A stretch of DNA of 52,128 bases from Octopus bimaculoides. Taxonomy: Eukaryota. Positions 48,658 through 52,128 of this stretch are shown one piece after another. The stretch lies in NCBI RefSeq assembly GCF_001194135.2, contig NC_069008.1:14964261-15016388 (forward strand). Direction: 5' to 3'. Both the position numbers and the translations under genes were made by a program. The notes below the pieces were generated by a model. It searched no databases. It was given only the letters and a program-made list of their open reading frames with translations, and was not told the DNA's origin. Position 1 is the stretch's first letter; each line of letters opens with the position of its first letter.

Positions 48658-49022
48658 CAGATTAATAGGAACACTAAAAATGTTTTTAGGTGTTTTTTTT
48701 TCTAACACACACATAACATGACCTCGCTTAGTTAGGATTACAAGTGAGTTACTTTGATAAAATTTATTTATGGGGAGAAAAATATTGAAAGATATCAATA
48801 GATGTGTGAGTGAGAAAGAAACAAAAGGGAGTTTTGGGGATCTGCTAGAAACAACAGCCAGATTTCCCTTGAATCATACATTTTCCTCTGAAATTATTAA
48901 CAATTTGTTTTTAAACCGAAAATGTTTCTCTCGCGGGTTTTAAGTGCGTAGTGAAAAAAAAAAAGTCGAAATCGTTTTTAGGTGTAAGAAAAAAAAACAT
49001 TTTTAGTGTTCCTATTAATCTG
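48658..49022. repeat. ~30-bp inverted repeat pair (CAGATTAATAGGAACACTAAAAATGTTTTT), likely DNA-transposon subterminal repeats
   Basis: 48658-48687 versus 48993-49022. No TSD seen. Confidence 0.65.
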
Positions 49023-49867
49023 GGGTGGTGAGGGGGTGGCGGGAGTAAAAAAAATATATTTGCAAAATTTTTTCCTTTTTTTTTTCTCGTGAAAAAATGC
49101 CTCCCATCATTCTGAAGATTTTGGTGAAAAACATTGGAAAAAGTCCCCGTCGAAACGGAGAAATTCCCACGTATGTGGGCCGTCGGACCCGGAACTCCCC
49201 TCCCACCCCTTCCAGAAAGTTTGTCAACAAATTTCTTTGTAATCGTAATCTACACCATTTGTATAAAATTTCATTAAAAAATACCTATTTTCCAGAAAGG
49301 TATGAGGAGCAAAATGTCGGGTTTTCTGAATTTTCCGAAACTCCTCTCCCCAACCCCTCGGAAATTTTGTTTTCCAACAAATCTTCACACACACTCATTC
49401 TACAGAATAAAATGATCGTTTGGTGAAAGTTTCATTAAAAAGTATCCCTCTTTCTGGAAGTTATGAGGCAACAAAGTCGGTGGGGTATTAAAATGTAGTT
49501 GTGCCTTTTTTTCAATACAAGTTAACGTTAAATTCCGTTACATTTTCAAAGAATTAACGGATTAAAGTAGTTAACCTTTTGGTTAACGGATTAACGAAAT
49601 TTCCTTTTCAATTAAAGGTACCCACCTCTGTCTATATATTTATTTGTTTACATAGGTGTAGTTATAAATGAGTCCTTTTGTTAGTGTTTGTACTTTTAGT
49701 TGCGTATGTATATATAATATATATACACACATTATTACATATACGTTCACGTTCTGTGTCCTTTTCATCCGCACATTAAATCTATCGTAAATACAGAGAT
49801 ACCTTCCCTTGCTAGATAACGATTGTAAAGGGAGGTAACAAGCGGGGATGCTGGAAATTGTATGTAT

Positions 49868-50052
49868 CGCATGCGCAGTATCCTACTTGCCGTTTCTGAT
49901 ATCAAATTGAAAATGTTTGTTGCTTGAATTTCTTTTTATCAACTTTTAATACATTTATAATACTTATAACACACATTTATAATATATTTCTCAACCACCA
50001 CACACACTTCTAACAACTCTATCTTTTTATAAAGAAGAACATTTCCGTAAGT
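49868..50052 (+). promoter_or_regulatory. ZNF-D promoter/first exon: CGCATGCGCA (49868-49877), donor GTAAGT at 50047
   Basis: Paralogous motif and donor context, followed by the same ~52-bp intronic repeat. Confidence 0.66.
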
Positions 50053-51054
50053 ATTAAACGATGAAAATGTTTAACCTTTTTATTCTGTAGATTTTTGTGC
50101 GAGATTTGGCTGTTATTTCTAGGTATGAATGAGAAATGTCCATAATTTTACAGGATTCGGCTGCTATTTTTAGCTATAAAAGAGAAATGTCTATTATTTG
50201 TGCGAGATTTGGCTTCTGTTTCTAGCTATGGAAGCTACCTTCTACACTTTCCGTCGTTGCCCCGTTATTTTGTTATGTAATAAACATTGACATTTTGTTA
50301 TGTGTTTTAGTTTGAGAAATATCCTGAAATAAACCCCAAACACTGAAATGTTCAGAAACCAATACTTTATTATAATTTATGGAATGCTTGTGCGTCCGCC
50401 CCACTAACAATTTGTTCCTCACAACTATGTGAAAAATGGATTTTCTTTAATTAAATTTTCGATAAAAGCCTTTCAAATGTTGTTGATAACGATTATTTGG
50501 TAAATTGTGAAAAAATACAACTTAGGTTAGTATATAGGTAACTTATACACCTCGACTTTGTTTCCTCAAAGATTTTAATGATGTAGATTACAATTATTTT
50601 GAGAAATTAAATTACTTTTAAAGACAATCCCATCATTTCTTCTTTTGAATTAATTGAATGAATATTTCTTAATGATATAAAAATATTGAGAGATATCGGT
50701 GTAAAGTTATCCCCTGTTAATCTGGAAAGAAATTCCAAATTGCTGCCGGGACAAACCTGAATCCGATTTCAAATTATACCTCCCGATTTCTCTGATTTCC
50801 GTGAAATTACAACTTGTAATATACGTTTATAACATTGAGAAAATTGTAAGGTAGAGGTCTGTACATCAAAGTACCTAGAACAGGGATGGGGAGCAAAAAA
50901 AAAAAAGAACACAAAAGAGAATAACACAAAAACACGATATGTAATAATAATAATAATGATTTCAATTTTTGGCTCAAGGCCAGCAATTTCGTGAGAAGGG
51001 ATTGCTGGCCTTGTGCCAAAAATTGAAATTATTAATGATAATAATAATAATCAT

Positions 51055-51251
51055 AATTTCAATTTTTACCACAAGGGCAGCAATTTGGGAGGAGGGGATG
51101 AATCGATTACATTGACCCTAGTGTTCAACTGGTACTTATTTTATCGACCCCGAAAGGATGAAAGGCAAAGTCGACCTCGGCGGAATTTGAACTCAGAACG
51201 TAAGGATGGACGAAATACCGTCGAGCATTTCACCCAGCGTGCAAGCGATTC
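51055..51251 (-). mobile_element. SINE family C in ZNF-D intron
   Basis: Reverse complement of the family C head and body. Confidence 0.75.
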
Positions 51252-51528
51252 NNNNNNNNNNCAGAATATCAAATGACATTTGCTTAACAGAAGATACATT
51301 CTCAATATTTATCATTTTTTAAGACTAAAAGAAAATAAGATACAAAACTGACTTACAACACTGTTTCTATAAATCTTGTAGATTTCTGTGAAATATTTGT
51401 CCTAATATGTTATTGTTAGAGAAAGATAACAGTGGCCAGAAAGACAACAGTGGAAGTATTTATAAGATTAAACGATAAGAACAAAAACAAGAGAAGTATA
51501 TGTACATTGTGATTTGAAAGCAATAATA

Positions 51529-52128
51529 ATGGAAAAGAGTAAGAAGCTTAAAGAACAGATTTCCCATGAAGACATGATAAAAGGGAGACGAAAGTTGTCA
51601 TATGATTGTGATGTCTGTGCTAAACCATTCACTTACAAAAGTCACTTAACAGAGCACAAACATATTCATACACGAGAGAAACCATATCATTGTGATATCT
51701 GTGGTAAATCAGGCTCTGACAGTAGTGCTTCATCTGCACACAAGTGTATTTATACAGAGGTGAAGCCATATCATTGTGATATCTGTGGTAAATCATTCTC
51801 TTACAGTAGTCACTTAACTTCACACATACGCATTCATACAGGGGAGAAACCATATCATTGTGATATCTGTGGTAAAACATTCTCTCAAAATAGTCACTTA
51901 ACTATACACAGACGTATTCATACAGGAGAGAAGCCATACCATTGTGATATCTGTGATAAATCATTCACTGTTGGTAGTGCTTTAACTACACACAAACGTC
52001 TTCATTCAGGAGAGAAACCATATCACTGTGATATCTGTGGTAAATCATTCACTGACAATAGTACATTATCTATACACAAACGTACCCATTCAGGAGAGAA
52101 GCCTTATCACTGTGATGTCTGTGGTAAA
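51529..52128 (+). CDS. C2H2 zinc-finger protein ZNF-D, 5' part, runs off the window (>=6 fingers; finger 2 degenerate). Absent from the supplied ORF track
   Basis: Manual translation from ATG 51529: [47 protein letters not shown]... stays open for 200 codons to the window end. Confidence 0.93.
   Translation, partial: MEKSKKLKEQISHEDMIKGRRKLSYDCDVCAKPFTYKSHLTEHKHIHTREKPYHCDICGKSGSDSSASSAHKCIYTEVKPYHCDICGKSFSYSSHLTSHIRIHTGEKPYHCDICGKTFSQNSHLTIHRRIHTGEKPYHCDICDKSFTVGSALTTHKRLHSGEKPYHCDICGKSFTDNSTLSIHKRTHSGEKPYHCDVCGK

Noticed and set aside
49097-49426. 109-aa ORF upstream of ZNF-D
   Set aside because: Lies in a dispersed repeat shared with 21660-21900, with no recognisable domain or splice context.

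Overview
AT-rich, microsatellite- and gap-riddled animal genomic DNA. The SINE families, spliceosomal introns and tandem effector-less C2H2 zinc-finger array are most consistent with an octopus/coleoid cephalopod (inferred, not database-checked). Splicing exons by hand gives three main coding components. (1) A complete 5-coding-exon gene on the minus strand (12146->1337) encoding a 296-aa predicted secreted protein with a PAN/Apple-like N-terminal module and an unrecognised C-terminal domain. (2) A cluster of four paralogous plus-strand C2H2 ZNF genes (10, 17, 14 and >=6 fingers) sharing an NRF1/ETS-like promoter, 5'UTR exon architecture and 3' flank. (3) An intact 5-exon, 790-aa Mutator/MULE-type transposase gene (WRKY/GCM1-like DNA-binding domain, DDE core, SWIM finger) inside the ZNF cluster, head-to-head with an inverted copy of the ZNF promoter/first exon. 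The rest is transposon debris: R4/Dong-like RLE LINEs sitting in (TAA)n tracts, RTE, CR1, Tx1, Penelope, mariner/Tc1, Chapaev-like and Merlin relics, MITEs and tRNA-derived SINEs. One short retroposon carries a minimal hammerhead ribozyme fold in the sense strand of a ZNF intron.
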